Below, in pieces: positions 25,088 through 37,086 of a DNA stretch of 64,000 nt (the first letter of the stretch is position 1; each line of letters starts with the position of its first letter). Source of the DNA: a virus; IMG/VR virus record IMGVR_UViG_3300024991_000018, one strand, 5' to 3'. The notes below the pieces were generated by a model, which worked only from the letters and a program-made list of their open reading frames with translations, searched no databases and was not told where the DNA came from. A program made the translations under genes and the position numbers.

Positions 25088-26383
25088 ATGTATAACATAT
25101 ATACGAAACAATATCGACAATATTTTGATATTAAATGTACAACTGTTATCGATGATGTACTGTACATTATTGTATTAGAAGGAGAAATTACAAATACGGT
25201 AAAATTAATAAAATTCGATCTTAAAAGAATGATTGAAGTTGAGGCAGTTATTATAGACTATGTATATCAAGCAGATACAGTATTCAGATTTATAAAGGAT
25301 AGCTTATATTGCTGCTCTGACAGTGTAGATGGATTAGTCATAATTAAAGTTCATAATTTGGATGAAATGCATTGCAAAATGACCAGTTTAAAATGTGTTG
25401 TAGAGATAAATGGAGATGCATATTACATATGTGGTGAAAAAATTTATTATATAATTAGCATGATGAATAATGAGAATGTTTTTATTATAGATACACGAGG
25501 TGTTGGAACATATGTTGACGATTATACAATACACTTAGGTACTGAATTCAAATTAGACTTTAAGTCAAATGTATATTACTCTGATAATTATTTAGTCATC
25601 TTAAATAATAAAAATGTGGTTTTTTTCATAGATATAGATACAAAAGAGATAAAGTTTATAAACAAACATGTTAACCATTTAAAAGATGAAAAGAAATATG
25701 TTTTTATTGGAAATGACAAATTATTTGGATATAATATCATATATGATTATATGAATGGAAACAAAATCGATACTAATCTTGACATTAAAAACAGTTTTAA
25801 ATACAATGGTGCCGATTACTATGTGCATAAAAATAATAAAAATTTCAATATTAGTGTACATGTGAATGAAAATAAACATGACGAATATAATGATGAATAT
25901 AATAATGATGAATATATGATTATAGGTTCTGAGAGTAATATATTTATAGTTCCAGTTTCATTAATGTACAATAATTCCGGATATATTCAAAATTTAATTA
26001 AAACATTTGGAATAACAGAATTCATAGATGGTCAATATAATACGATACACCATTACATTGATTATCTACAAAATGGAGTCATAGATTTAAAATCAATTTG
26101 TGAATTATACAAAATTGCAAGTTTGTTAGACGACTTTAACATGGAAGGATTAATTTATAGCATAATTGAAAAAGTGAAGAATGACTGTACTGACATAAAT
26201 ATAGCTTGGGACGTTCTTGAAACGATATACAATGATGATGTTTTGAATGTGTTTAAGATATTATTGTATACTATTTATACTAAATATGATAGGGTAAATT
26301 TTATGAGTATGTTAAATAATAGAAGTAAGATGAATGATTTAATTATAGCCGATATCATTAAAATACAGATTGATAAAAATTAA
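25088..26383 (+). CDS. Tandem paralog family member 1 (beta-rich N-terminal region plus C-terminal BTB/POZ-like domain)
   Basis: Family motifs CSTVIxxxLYVVIxEG, IGNNKLF, YITIGS..VP..S.Y, LYKIASL; BTB-like call from motif spacing only; AAAATTGA at 25023. Confidence 0.85.
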   Translation: MYNIYTKQYRQYFDIKCTTVIDDVLYIIVLEGEITNTVKLIKFDLKRMIEVEAVIIDYVYQADTVFRFIKDSLYCCSDSVDGLVIIKVHNLDEMHCKMTSLKCVVEINGDAYYICGEKIYYIISMMNNENVFIIDTRGVGTYVDDYTIHLGTEFKLDFKSNVYYSDNYLVILNNKNVVFFIDIDTKEIKFINKHVNHLKDEKKYVFIGNDKLFGYNIIYDYMNGNKIDTNLDIKNSFKYNGADYYVHKNNKNFNISVHVNENKHDEYNDEYNNDEYMIIGSESNIFIVPVSLMYNNSGYIQNLIKTFGITEFIDGQYNTIHHYIDYLQNGVIDLKSICELYKIASLLDDFNMEGLIYSIIEKVKNDCTDINIAWDVLETIYNDDVLNVFKILLYTIYTKYDRVNFMSMLNNRSKMNDLIIADIIKIQIDKN

Positions 26384-26404
26384 TAAAAATATTTCCAATA
26401 TAAA

Positions 26405-27739
26405 ATGTACAACGTTTACAGATATTTATTTTCGTCTAAAGTTAATGTTCTTTGTTCAACTGTTATTGAAAACGTTTTATATTATGTCATCAGTGAGGGT
26501 AAGGATTACAAATCTATTAAATTAATATGGTTTGACATATTTAGAATGGTTGAAATAGCAACAAATGTAGTGGAATTTAAACATCATATAAATTCGGAGT
26601 TTATAATAATGGGTGATAAATTATATTGTCGCACTAGGGACAATCTTTCAGTTATTGATATAAATAATTTTAAAATTAAAAAATATACAATTAAAGATTT
26701 AAGAAACATTATAGATCTGAATGGGAGACTATGTTATATTAGTTATGATGATTATAGAATATTTGGCATATATGATTTAGAAACAAAAGGAATATATTAT
26801 ACTATAAAAGTATGTAGTGAAGTAAATAGATTTGAAAATAATGTTTTATACATTCGAAATTGTGTAGACTTTGATTCACAATTACCACATTACAGTAATC
26901 ATTTAATAATAATGGATGATGATAATATATTTATTGATGTCGACTTTACAAAAAGAAAAATTACAACATCAGAAAAATTTGTATGTTTTAAACATTATAA
27001 ATTTATAGGGAATAATAAATTATTTTTAGAGCGTGGTAATTCATTAAAAGATACAATATATGATTATAAAAATGATATATTAAGCAAGCCCTACGAATAT
27101 TTCAGTATTTCTTTTGAAAATAGCTTTAGATATATGGAAAATGATTATTATATTAATATAAATTTCAATTCTGTTGTTGATAAGACTACTCTTGACGTCT
27201 ACATTGATTTAAAGTTTGTTGAATATGAAATGCCAAAAGACATGGGGTATCCGGAATATGTAACTGTAGGTTCTGAAAGAAATAATATAAAGGTACCTAC
27301 TTCGTTATTATATGAAAATAGTGAATATTTTCAATATTTAATAAAAACATTTGGTGCAACAGAATATATAAAAGATGAATATGAGAACATACAAATATAT
27401 ATTGAATATTTGAATGAAAGAACTATAAATTTGAGAACTCTGGATGAATATAAAATTGCAAGTTTATTTGATGATTTTAATATGGAAATTTTAGTGTATA
27501 TAATAATTGAAACACTCGTTAGTGAACATGATAAAATTGGTAATAAATATGATATACGTATATTATGGAATATTTTAGAAACTATATATTATGATGATAT
27601 GATGAATGTGTTCAAAATATTATTATATTTAATATACAAAAATTATGATAGAGGTATATTCCTGTATATGTTAAATGATGTAACGCCTATGAATAATGCA
27701 ATTATAACTGATATTATTGGAGCTCGTTATATAAAATAA
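26405..27739 (+). CDS. Tandem paralog family member 2
   Basis: Same family motifs. Confidence 0.85.
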   Translation: MYNVYRYLFSSKVNVLCSTVIENVLYYVISEGKDYKSIKLIWFDIFRMVEIATNVVEFKHHINSEFIIMGDKLYCRTRDNLSVIDINNFKIKKYTIKDLRNIIDLNGRLCYISYDDYRIFGIYDLETKGIYYTIKVCSEVNRFENNVLYIRNCVDFDSQLPHYSNHLIIMDDDNIFIDVDFTKRKITTSEKFVCFKHYKFIGNNKLFLERGNSLKDTIYDYKNDILSKPYEYFSISFENSFRYMENDYYININFNSVVDKTTLDVYIDLKFVEYEMPKDMGYPEYVTVGSERNNIKVPTSLLYENSEYFQYLIKTFGATEYIKDEYENIQIYIEYLNERTINLRTLDEYKIASLFDDFNMEILVYIIIETLVSEHDKIGNKYDIRILWNILETIYYDDMMNVFKILLYLIYKNYDRGIFLYMLNDVTPMNNAIITDIIGARYIK

Positions 27740-27887
27740 AATATGCTGAAAATTATGATCGTGGAAAATCATTTCATATTAATCAATGATTAACATGAGT
27801 ACAATTCCATCATTTTACATAATAATTGTCTGTATAAATGACAATTTAAAAATAATTAAAATTAAAAAAAAATTAAAAAAAAATAAA

Positions 27888-28787
27888 ATGGATATCATTT
27901 ACACGAGGATACATAAGTTGAAATTTACAGTACATTGCTCAACTGTCATGAATAATGTTTTATATGTTGTTATATCAGAAGGAGATATACATATCATAAG
28001 ATTGATAAGAATAAATTTAGATGACATGAAAGAGATAGATTCAGATAATATCGATTACAGATATAAGAATAACACTGTGTTTAAAATTATCAAAGATAAA
28101 TTGTATTGTTACAGAGTTGTTAAAGACAGATATAATGATTATAAATGTGAACGTGATGAATATATTGAGGATGGTGTGAACAATTTATCAGTATTTGATA
28201 TAAATAGTATGGATAGGAAGCAATATACAATTGATGGTTTAAAAGACGTTGTTGAGCTAGGAGGACAAATATATTACATTAATGGTAAAAATAGGGTATA
28301 TGATGTATGTATTTTAAATGAAAATGAAAATGTATATTATGCCAATGATAAGCGAGGTATATATGATCTTAATATTTCAAATGATGATGAAAATGTCTAT
28401 TTTACAATAGATACACGATTAGGAGGTACCCACATTGACAATGATGTATTATCTCTAGGAATTGATTTCCGTCCAGATTTTGTAATTGGATTTAGGTATT
28501 ATGGTGATAATTTGATATCTCTTAGCAGTAAAAATATGATATTATATGCAAACATGAAAACGAAAGAGATAGGATATTCTCAATGTTTAAAAGAAAACAA
28601 AAAATATACATTCATAGGAAATAATAAACTATTTGGTAATAACATTATATATGATTATATAATAGGTGAAACTGTTGTGAGTGGTTTAAATATCAAAAAT
28701 AGTTTTAAATACAACGATGATGATTATTATATTTCTGTGGATGAAAAAGATAATATATTTATTATCGATACATGTACTAAATCATAG
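27888..28787 (+). CDS. Tandem paralog family member 3, lacking the C-terminal BTB-like domain
   Basis: ATG at 27888 (MDIIYT) aligns with paralog starts; ORF stops before the YITIGS segment. Confidence 0.75.
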   Translation: MDIIYTRIHKLKFTVHCSTVMNNVLYVVISEGDIHIIRLIRINLDDMKEIDSDNIDYRYKNNTVFKIIKDKLYCYRVVKDRYNDYKCERDEYIEDGVNNLSVFDINSMDRKQYTIDGLKDVVELGGQIYYINGKNRVYDVCILNENENVYYANDKRGIYDLNISNDDENVYFTIDTRLGGTHIDNDVLSLGIDFRPDFVIGFRYYGDNLISLSSKNMILYANMKTKEIGYSQCLKENKKYTFIGNNKLFGNNIIYDYIIGETVVSGLNIKNSFKYNDDDYYISVDEKDNIFIIDTCTKS

Positions 28788-29012
28788 ATAAAACTTAGAA
28801 AATAATGCAGATCAGTGATTTGTATAATAATTTTGGAAATGTTAAACATAATTATATTTACCACCTTAAGATATTTTTAACAAAAAATGATAAATTAAAA
28901 ATAAAAAAATAAATAAATAAAAATGTAAAGAATCGGCGATGTCACATATGTTTGAATACTAGTTCTCGACTTATGTTAGCTGTTTTTCGTGTCATAAGAA
29001 GTTTTGAAACAG

Positions 29013-29421
29013 TTAAAGATTTTGATGTCTGTTCTTTAGCTTCATCATATTCAACAAAATCTTTGACTGTTTCAAATTTTTGTAAATTGTTTCCGTCCAA
29101 GTAATAGTCAATAGCTTCTCTTTGGGTTCCAAGGATTTGAACCTGGTAACTTGATCAGATTTGAAGAAGGTGAAATCTCTTATTGGTCTCCTATTCAGCA
29201 AATAATTTTTCATTAAATTAATTGGTACTACTATTATACAAAAGATTTTTATGTTGAACATTATTAACCACATTATTTTGATCATTATTATTTACATTAT
29301 TTTGAATGTTAGTAATTAATTCAACAAGTTCTCTTTTATTCTTTTTAGTATAATATTTTATTTTGAGATCTTTTGCAATTTCTCTCAGTTGAGTGACATT
29401 TAATTTTTCCAGGGATCCCAT
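29013..29421 (-). pseudogene. Small Rho-N/SAP-like helix-extension-helix ORF (29218-29421), possibly frameshifted into 29013-29285
   Basis: LEKLNVTQLREIAKDLKIKYYTKKNKRELVELI resembles the Rho N-terminal domain; an overlapping ORF follows in another frame. Confidence 0.5.
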
Positions 29422-29525
29422 ATTATTTTATATGATAATTTTTTCATTGAAAAAACAATATAGATCACTGATCTATATGTAATCGGAAAACGATATCAAA
29501 AAGTTGAAATTTTCCAAAAATAAAA

Positions 29526-30875
29526 ATGTTTGATGTTTTTACCCAAACTCATGATTTATGCTTCAATATTCAATGTTCGGCGGTTATTGACAACATTCTA
29601 TATGTAGTCATAACTGAGGGAGATGCGAATGTGGCAAAATTATTGAAAATTGATTTGATCAGGATGATTATGATAAGCTCAAAAACAATTGATTATCGGT
29701 GTCATGATAATACTGTATTCAAAATTTTGAAAGGTAAACTATATTGTTATACAACATTGATAGATGTAAATGATCCTGAATATGCGTATATAAATAAAGA
29801 AGATGTCACATTTATTGATTTAAACACTTTAAAATATGGAGTTTATGTTATTGATGGTTTACATGATATAATAGAATTGAATAATAAAATATATTCTGTT
29901 GTAAGTGAAGAAGATGGTACAACCAGTATCTATGAATTGAATGAAGAACAGGATACTCAAGAAAATGATTATAAATATTTGACAATTAAGAAAATTGATG
30001 GAAGTATGTGCATTGAGGATGACACAATATATCTCAATTTTGACATAGATTTTAGTATAGAAGTTTTACATTTTGATAATAATTTAGTTTTCAATGTAAT
30101 TGATGAACGTCAACTGATATGCATAGATCTTGATAAAAAAGACATAAATTGTAACATCATTCTAAAAGATGGAAAGTGGTACAATCATATTGGAAACAAT
30201 AAACTATATAATAAAAATAAAAAGATATATGATTATAAAAATGGTAAAAAGACAGAATTTAATTTATTAATCAGAAATTGTTTCAGATATGACGACAATG
30301 ATTATTACGTATATGTTGATAAATTCAGGAAAGTATTTAAAATTGGTATTGACATTTCAAAACATGATGTAAATACAAACTTTAAATATCCTGAAAGTAT
30401 TACACTAAGCTCTAAAGATTGGGCATTAACATATGACGATGTAGGTTCAGAATTATTGTGTAAAAGTAGCTTGCATATACAAGATTTATTGAAATTTTCA
30501 AAAGGTAAAAAGTGTGAGTTTGTAAATGATAACTATAGTGAAGTTTCTGTGTATTTTAGTTATTTATTGCAAAGTGTCATAGTCCCAGAAAAAATTAATG
30601 AATTGTACAAAATTGCCAGTTATATGCATTATGTGGACATGGAATATTTAGTATACGCTATAATACAATATGTTTTAAGAGTTGAATCCCATATTGATTT
30701 TGATTGGAACATATTGGAGACATTTTACAATGATAACGTTTGTGACAAATTTTTAATGTTGCTGTACATTATATACAGAAAGCATGATAGAGAAGAATTC
30801 ATTAAAAAGGTAAATGGGATAAACCCGATGAACAATACCATTGTAACCGAGCTGATTAGGAAAAATAATATTTAA
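29526..30875 (+). CDS. Tandem paralog family member 4
   Basis: Same family motifs. Confidence 0.85.
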   Translation: MFDVFTQTHDLCFNIQCSAVIDNILYVVITEGDANVAKLLKIDLIRMIMISSKTIDYRCHDNTVFKILKGKLYCYTTLIDVNDPEYAYINKEDVTFIDLNTLKYGVYVIDGLHDIIELNNKIYSVVSEEDGTTSIYELNEEQDTQENDYKYLTIKKIDGSMCIEDDTIYLNFDIDFSIEVLHFDNNLVFNVIDERQLICIDLDKKDINCNIILKDGKWYNHIGNNKLYNKNKKIYDYKNGKKTEFNLLIRNCFRYDDNDYYVYVDKFRKVFKIGIDISKHDVNTNFKYPESITLSSKDWALTYDDVGSELLCKSSLHIQDLLKFSKGKKCEFVNDNYSEVSVYFSYLLQSVIVPEKINELYKIASYMHYVDMEYLVYAIIQYVLRVESHIDFDWNILETFYNDNVCDKFLMLLYIIYRKHDREEFIKKVNGINPMNNTIVTELIRKNNI

Positions 30876-30955
30876 AGACAATAACATTTTAATGTAAATC
30901 AATGATTTATATGTGTTAAAAATGACCAATTATAAAAAAAATATCATCTAAAATA

Positions 30956-32398
30956 ATGATAAATTTGTATACAAAAAATTACAGCTCTCATATTGATGTC
31001 AAATGCTCGACTGTCATTGGTGATATTTTGTACGTCGTCGTAATAGATGGAAATATAACAGATGTTATAAAATTAGTGAGAATAGATTTATCTAGAATGG
31101 TGGAGATAAATTCTACTATTATTGATTATGCAGATCACTTTTATACTATGTATAAATTTTTTGGTGATAAATTATACATCTACACCACACAAAGAGATGA
31201 TGAATGTGAAGATGACGACTATATTGACGTTGAAGAAGTATTAGTGTGGAATATAAACACATTAGTAAGAAATCAGTTTTCTGTCACTTGTTTGAAAGAC
31301 ATTATCGAATTTTGTGGTAATATATGTTATGTAGTACAAATTGAAAATGTAGATATTATCAGCGGATCCAATCCAGATATGAACAGTGTCTATTACATAC
31401 GTGGCGCTGAAACTAATGAAAATTTTTTAACCATTATTGATTATGAAGACAGAGACTATTTTAAAAATGGAGTTTTATATCTTTCATTTGGTTTAAATCT
31501 TTATGGTGGAATTTACACAACTAAAGATTGTATGATATTTGTGAAACATGATAGCACTCTTGTGTGTTATAACAATGATACATACGAGTTGGGTACAATT
31601 GGAAAGCTAAGCAAAGATGTGATGGAATGTATTACTGTTAAAAACGGTAAAATATATCTCGAAAATAATAGAAGCTATTGCGAAGATATTGGTAACAACA
31701 AACTATTTGTAAAAAATACAATTTTTGATTATTCAGTAATTGCAAATAAAACCAGCGATCTAAATATATTTGGAAGTTTCAAATACGATGGTTATGATTA
31801 TTATATTCACACTAGTAAACGTGACGACCACGATGAAGAATATATCCGTTATAAAGTGTTTAATATTGATGTAGATATCAATAGAATAGAAAATGATATA
31901 TTAGTAGATAATCATCCCGAATATATCACCATTGGATCTGAAGGTCATAATATGAAGGTGTCTCTACCACTTATATACAATAACAGTCAATTCATGCAAA
32001 ATTTGTTAGACATAAAAAATATTGGAACATATGAATTTATAAATAATAATTATGGTGACATTTATTTGTATATTAATTATCTGGAAGGGAAAGAACCAGA
32101 TATAAACACATTGGATAGGTTATACAAGATAGCAAGTTTAATGGATGATGTGAACATAGAGTTTTTAACATTTATGATTCTAACACGTGTTAAAGATGGT
32201 GACGTTAATATAGATATAGCTTGGGAGCTTTTAAAGACTCTATATGATGATGACGCAGCTAAAAAATTCAAAATTTTATTATATATTATTTACAAAAAAT
32301 ATAATAGGGCTGACTTTATTAACAAGATCGCCAATGTTAATAACATGATGTATAATAAAATTATAATTGATCTGATTCTATCAAGATATGTTGAATAA
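30956..32398 (+). CDS. Tandem paralog family member 5
   Basis: Same family motifs; closest to member 6. Confidence 0.85.
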   Translation: MINLYTKNYSSHIDVKCSTVIGDILYVVVIDGNITDVIKLVRIDLSRMVEINSTIIDYADHFYTMYKFFGDKLYIYTTQRDDECEDDDYIDVEEVLVWNINTLVRNQFSVTCLKDIIEFCGNICYVVQIENVDIISGSNPDMNSVYYIRGAETNENFLTIIDYEDRDYFKNGVLYLSFGLNLYGGIYTTKDCMIFVKHDSTLVCYNNDTYELGTIGKLSKDVMECITVKNGKIYLENNRSYCEDIGNNKLFVKNTIFDYSVIANKTSDLNIFGSFKYDGYDYYIHTSKRDDHDEEYIRYKVFNIDVDINRIENDILVDNHPEYITIGSEGHNMKVSLPLIYNNSQFMQNLLDIKNIGTYEFINNNYGDIYLYINYLEGKEPDINTLDRLYKIASLMDDVNIEFLTFMILTRVKDGDVNIDIAWELLKTLYDDDAAKKFKILLYIIYKKYNRADFINKIANVNNMMYNKIIIDLILSRYVE

Positions 32399-32429
32399 GC
32401 TTATTATATATATTAATAATATAGATTAA

Positions 32430-32485
32430 CGATGTTGCAAAAAAATTTGCAATATCTCAATTTTTTTGTGCTTTCACAAAAAAAA
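32430..32485 (-). mobile_element. Degenerate family E double-hairpin element
   Basis: Reverse complement reads TTTTTTTGTG-AAAG-CACAAAAAAATTGAGATATTGC..TTGCAACATCG, the same end and linker as 9971 and 62851, with an internal deletion. Confidence 0.65.
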
Positions 32486-32530
32486 TAACCAATAATAATA
32501 AAAAATAATTAAAAAAAAATCGTTTAAATC

Positions 32531-33964
32531 ATGATTAATTTATACACTAAAATCTATAACTTGAACACTTATGTGAAATGTTCGACTGTTATAGGTGATG
32601 TTCTGTATGTTATTATTGTGGAAGGAAGAGCATCAGATGTTGTGAAATTAGTGAAAATAGATTTGTTGAGAATGGTAGAGATAAGTTCATCTGTTATTAA
32701 TTATAGACCTCATCACAACACTATGTATAAAATTTTTGGTGATAAATTGTACGTTTACACTCCTCAGATAAATGAAGAGACTCATGAAGATAATTATATT
32801 AATGCTAAAGACGTATCGATTTGGAATATACGTACATTAGAGGAGTCACACAATTCAATCGAAGGTTTAAAGGATATTGTTAATCTTGGAAATAAAATAT
32901 ATTATATCAGATGTGTTGAAAATGCTGGCATTAATTATGGTACCGATCCGACGATTAACTCCGTTTACTATTTGTGTGATATGGAAACTGATGAAAGGTT
33001 GTTAGTAATTGTTGATAATGAGGAACAAACATATTTTAAGAATGGTGTTTTACATTTGGCATTTGGTGTAAATCTCTATGGTGGAATTTATTCATTGGGA
33101 AGTTATATAATATTTTTAACACATGATGATATTCTTTTATATTATAATATAGATACTGGAGAATTGGGTACTGCAGAAATTTTAAAAGATGATACAGGTA
33201 GAGGTACTATAGTTGTTAATAACATAACTTATCCAGTAAATCATGATAATTATTATCCAAGTATTGGAAATAATAAATTATTTGGAAAAAATACAATTTT
33301 TGATTATTTAACAATTGAGGGTAAAACCAGTAATTTAAACATATTTGGAAGCTTTAAATATAATGGTAATGATTATTATATTCACACTAGTAATCTTGAT
33401 AATATGTATAACAATCTCAGCAAAGTATTTAACATAGATGTAGATGTTGACAAAATTACAAATGATTTGTTAGTAGAAGGACATCCTGAATATATTACTA
33501 TAGGGACCGAAGAACACAAGGTGAAAGTATCACTACCACTTATATACAAAAACAGTCAATACATGCGAAATTTATTAGATATAAAAAATATTAATACATA
33601 CGAATTTATAAATAAAAATTATGATAACATTGAATTATACATTCATTATCTTGAAAGAGGTGATCAAAACGTGAACAATCTGAGTGATCTATATAAAATT
33701 GTAAGTTTAATGGACGATATTAATATGGAATACTTGACATTTACAATTCTTACACGCGTTAAAAATTCTAATATTGATATAAATGTGGCATGGGGGATCT
33801 TAAAAGCCTTTTATGATGACAATGTACTGAAAAAGTTTGAAATATTATTGTATATTATTTACAAAAAATATGATAGAGCCGACTTTATGAAGAAAATCGT
33901 CGATGTAAATAACATGAATAATGAGATATTGATGAATATTGTAAAATCAAGATTTGTTGAATAG
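32531..33964 (+). CDS. Tandem paralog family member 6
   Basis: Same family motifs. Confidence 0.85.
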   Translation: MINLYTKIYNLNTYVKCSTVIGDVLYVIIVEGRASDVVKLVKIDLLRMVEISSSVINYRPHHNTMYKIFGDKLYVYTPQINEETHEDNYINAKDVSIWNIRTLEESHNSIEGLKDIVNLGNKIYYIRCVENAGINYGTDPTINSVYYLCDMETDERLLVIVDNEEQTYFKNGVLHLAFGVNLYGGIYSLGSYIIFLTHDDILLYYNIDTGELGTAEILKDDTGRGTIVVNNITYPVNHDNYYPSIGNNKLFGKNTIFDYLTIEGKTSNLNIFGSFKYNGNDYYIHTSNLDNMYNNLSKVFNIDVDVDKITNDLLVEGHPEYITIGTEEHKVKVSLPLIYKNSQYMRNLLDIKNINTYEFINKNYDNIELYIHYLERGDQNVNNLSDLYKIVSLMDDINMEYLTFTILTRVKNSNIDINVAWGILKAFYDDNVLKKFEILLYIIYKKYDRADFMKKIVDVNNMNNEILMNIVKSRFVE

Positions 33965-34030
33965 ATTGTTTACCAATAACATTTATATGAATCAATGATT
34001 TATGTTTATTAATTTTTTTTCATTCAAAAC

Positions 34031-35452
34031 ATGCTTACACTATACAACAAAGATTATAGTTTGAATATCATCGTTAAAACATCAACTGTTATCAATGATA
34101 CTTTATATGTTGTTATTCTTGAGGGGATTACAATGTATACAGTGAAATTGGTAAGAATAGATTTAACAAGATTAATAGAGATAGATTCATATATTATCAA
34201 TTATCGACCTCATAATAATACAGAGTTCAAAATATTCAAAGATAAATTATATTGTTATACTTATCTTATAGATGAAAGGAGTATTGAAGATTCATATGTT
34301 GATGTAAATGATGTTTCCGTATTTGACATAAATACATTAGAAGAAACACATTTTAAGATTGAAGAACTGAGAGGTATATTTGAACTTCATGATGAGTTAT
34401 ACTTTTTTAAATTCAATGAAGACGAAGATATTGATGCTTTAACAGTTTGTGTTGCTTATGATTTATTTAATTTTAAAACTGGTGAGAGAATACTGATAAT
34501 TATTGATGAGAAAGATGAAACATATTTTGAAGATGGAATTCTTTATCTCTCATTTGGTATAGATACACATGATGGAATTTTTACATCAGGAAATGACTTA
34601 ATATTTAAAACGAATCAAGACGAACTTATTTATTACAACATAGCTGACAATAAAATAAATAGTGGTATAGACTTGAAAGAAATATACAGAACTACTTTTG
34701 GATTCGCGGATGATTCTGAATATCCTCTTGGAAATTCACGTTATAATGACATAGGAGAAGACAGAATCTTTGGAAATAATATAATATTTGATTATTCCAA
34801 ACTTAAGAGTGGCAGTTCTGATAATTTGAACATAAAGAGATATTTTTTATATGATGGACATGGTTATTACATTCATACTACTGAAGATAACACAGTGTTT
34901 AACATTGATATCAGTATATCAAGATTGAAGAATGATTTTCCTATTAATGACGCTGTTTTGTATCCCGGATATCCCGAATATATTATTATTGGATCGGAAA
35001 ATCATAATATTGAGGTACCATTAAAATTAATGTATGATAATAGTGAACACATAAAGGACTTGGTAGATATGTCAAATGGAACCTTAAATACATTTATAAA
35101 CGATAAATATGAAGATATAGAACTATATGTTTCACATTTAAATGGTAATGACATGTATATCAACACATTATATAGATTGTATACAATTTCAGTCTTTATG
35201 TTAGATATAAACGTCGAATATTTAACATATGAAATTATTTATTACATCAATACGTATGGTATCAATGCTGTCGACGGTTGGGAACTTTTGAAAGTATTTT
35301 ATAATTTTAATGTTTATGGCAAATTTAAAATATTGTTGTATATCATGTACAAAACTTGCAATAGAGAGGAGTTTTTGAGTATGACAGAAACGCCCACTGA
35401 TATGAATAAATTCATTATAGCCGACTTATTGAGAACAAGAATTATTGCATGA
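34031..35452 (+). CDS. Tandem paralog family member 7
   Basis: Same family motifs. Confidence 0.85.
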   Translation: MLTLYNKDYSLNIIVKTSTVINDTLYVVILEGITMYTVKLVRIDLTRLIEIDSYIINYRPHNNTEFKIFKDKLYCYTYLIDERSIEDSYVDVNDVSVFDINTLEETHFKIEELRGIFELHDELYFFKFNEDEDIDALTVCVAYDLFNFKTGERILIIIDEKDETYFEDGILYLSFGIDTHDGIFTSGNDLIFKTNQDELIYYNIADNKINSGIDLKEIYRTTFGFADDSEYPLGNSRYNDIGEDRIFGNNIIFDYSKLKSGSSDNLNIKRYFLYDGHGYYIHTTEDNTVFNIDISISRLKNDFPINDAVLYPGYPEYIIIGSENHNIEVPLKLMYDNSEHIKDLVDMSNGTLNTFINDKYEDIELYVSHLNGNDMYINTLYRLYTISVFMLDINVEYLTYEIIYYINTYGINAVDGWELLKVFYNFNVYGKFKILLYIMYKTCNREEFLSMTETPTDMNKFIIADLLRTRIIA

Positions 35453-35579
35453 TATTTTATCGATGTAAATCGCTGATGTATATAGATTGTCCCATGATAT
35501 TATATCAATGCAAATCACTGATGCATACAGACTGATAAAAAATAATTATTAAAAAATTCAGAGCTTTAAAAGCGTAGAA

Positions 35580-37052
35580 ATGATGTTCAATTTATACGAT
35601 AAATATTTTGGTATAAATGTTTCGGTCAAATGTTCCACAGTTATTGACAATATTCTATATGTTGTTATAACAGAAGGCACAGAGATAGAGGTTGTTAGAA
35701 TGGTGACGATAGATTTATCAAGAATGATTGAGATTGAATCTGAGATTATTAACTACAGACCTCAAGGTAACAACACACATTATAAAATATTTGGTAATGA
35801 ATTATATTGTTATACTGTCCTTTTAACAGAGGGTAAACATGGTTCTAGTAATAATGCGCCAATTAATACAGTTTTAAACCTCGTAACAATATTTGATATA
35901 AAAATGTTGACTTGGACGGATAGAGTAGTTGAAAATTTGAGAAACATCGTTGAAATAGGTGGCAGAATTTGTTATATTAATTATGTCCGCGATGATAATA
36001 ATGAAGGTTTGGATAGCGGATATTATTTATGTGATATGTATAGGAGTGACATAATATTGAGAATAATCGACGGTGAGGATGAAACATATTTTGAAAATAA
36101 TGTGTTACATTTATCATTTAATGTCAATATTATGAATGGAATTTATACATCCGGTAATTATTTAATAGTCATGACACGTTATGCTACTCTCATATATCTG
36201 GATATTGACAATGGGGTGTTGTTTGAACGAAATATGGAAAACAGTAAAGAGATACACACAAACATAGGAAAAAGTGATGGAAGTGATTTAATTGTGGAGG
36301 GAGATTTTAAATACTATGTCGATAGGGGATCTATGTACCATGACATAGGTAATGGTAAATTATTTGGTGAAAATAATATATATGATTATGTTCATCAAGT
36401 GAAGGAAGAGACTAATCTAGACGTGGTGGGAAATTTTGTATATGAAGGTCATAATTATTATATACATATGACCATGTTTGATGATTATAGGAGCAGGAGT
36501 GACTACATTAAAAATTTTAACATTAGTATCGATATTAAGAAAGTTGAAAATAATACACCTATTAAAAAGGGATATCCAGAATATATTACTGTTGGTTCAA
36601 AATTTGAAGCTGTACAAATGCCTTTATCGTTTATATATGGTAAAAGTCAATATATACAAGATATGGTTGATATTTCTGAAGGTACAGCAACTGAATTTAT
36701 AAATGATAATCACGAAGATATTTATTTGTATCTTCATTATTTAGACAATGGATATATGAATATGGATAATTTAGACAAGTTATACAAAATAGCTAGTTTA
36801 ATGATGGATACAAATATGGAGTATCTGACATACCTTGTTCTTGATCATGTTAAAAATTTTCATCTTGATATTAATGAGGCTTGGGTATTTTTGGAAATGA
36901 TATACAACAATGATATGTTTAAGAAATTTGACACGTTACTATATATCATATTTAAGAAATTCAGCAGGAAAGATTTTTTAACAATGATTGCTGATATCAA
37001 CCAAATGAATAACGATATCTTTGTAGATTTGGTCAAAACAAGAGTCATGTGA
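35580..37052 (+). CDS. Tandem paralog family member 8
   Basis: Same family motifs. Confidence 0.85.
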   Translation: MMFNLYDKYFGINVSVKCSTVIDNILYVVITEGTEIEVVRMVTIDLSRMIEIESEIINYRPQGNNTHYKIFGNELYCYTVLLTEGKHGSSNNAPINTVLNLVTIFDIKMLTWTDRVVENLRNIVEIGGRICYINYVRDDNNEGLDSGYYLCDMYRSDIILRIIDGEDETYFENNVLHLSFNVNIMNGIYTSGNYLIVMTRYATLIYLDIDNGVLFERNMENSKEIHTNIGKSDGSDLIVEGDFKYYVDRGSMYHDIGNGKLFGENNIYDYVHQVKEETNLDVVGNFVYEGHNYYIHMTMFDDYRSRSDYIKNFNISIDIKKVENNTPIKKGYPEYITVGSKFEAVQMPLSFIYGKSQYIQDMVDISEGTATEFINDNHEDIYLYLHYLDNGYMNMDNLDKLYKIASLMMDTNMEYLTYLVLDHVKNFHLDINEAWVFLEMIYNNDMFKKFDTLLYIIFKKFSRKDFLTMIADINQMNNDIFVDLVKTRVM

Positions 37053-37067
37053 TATATTTATCTATAA

Positions 37068-37086
37068 TATAAATCATTGATTTATA
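37068..37086 (+). terminator. Post-stop palindrome TATAAATCATTGATTTATA, representative of a recurring CA-N-TG-tipped 3' hairpin
   Basis: Similar hairpins follow stops at ~24295, 28805, 30892, 33985, 38699, 42460, 44000, 46642, 49803; consistent with the giant-virus hairpin rule for 3' ends. Confidence 0.7.
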
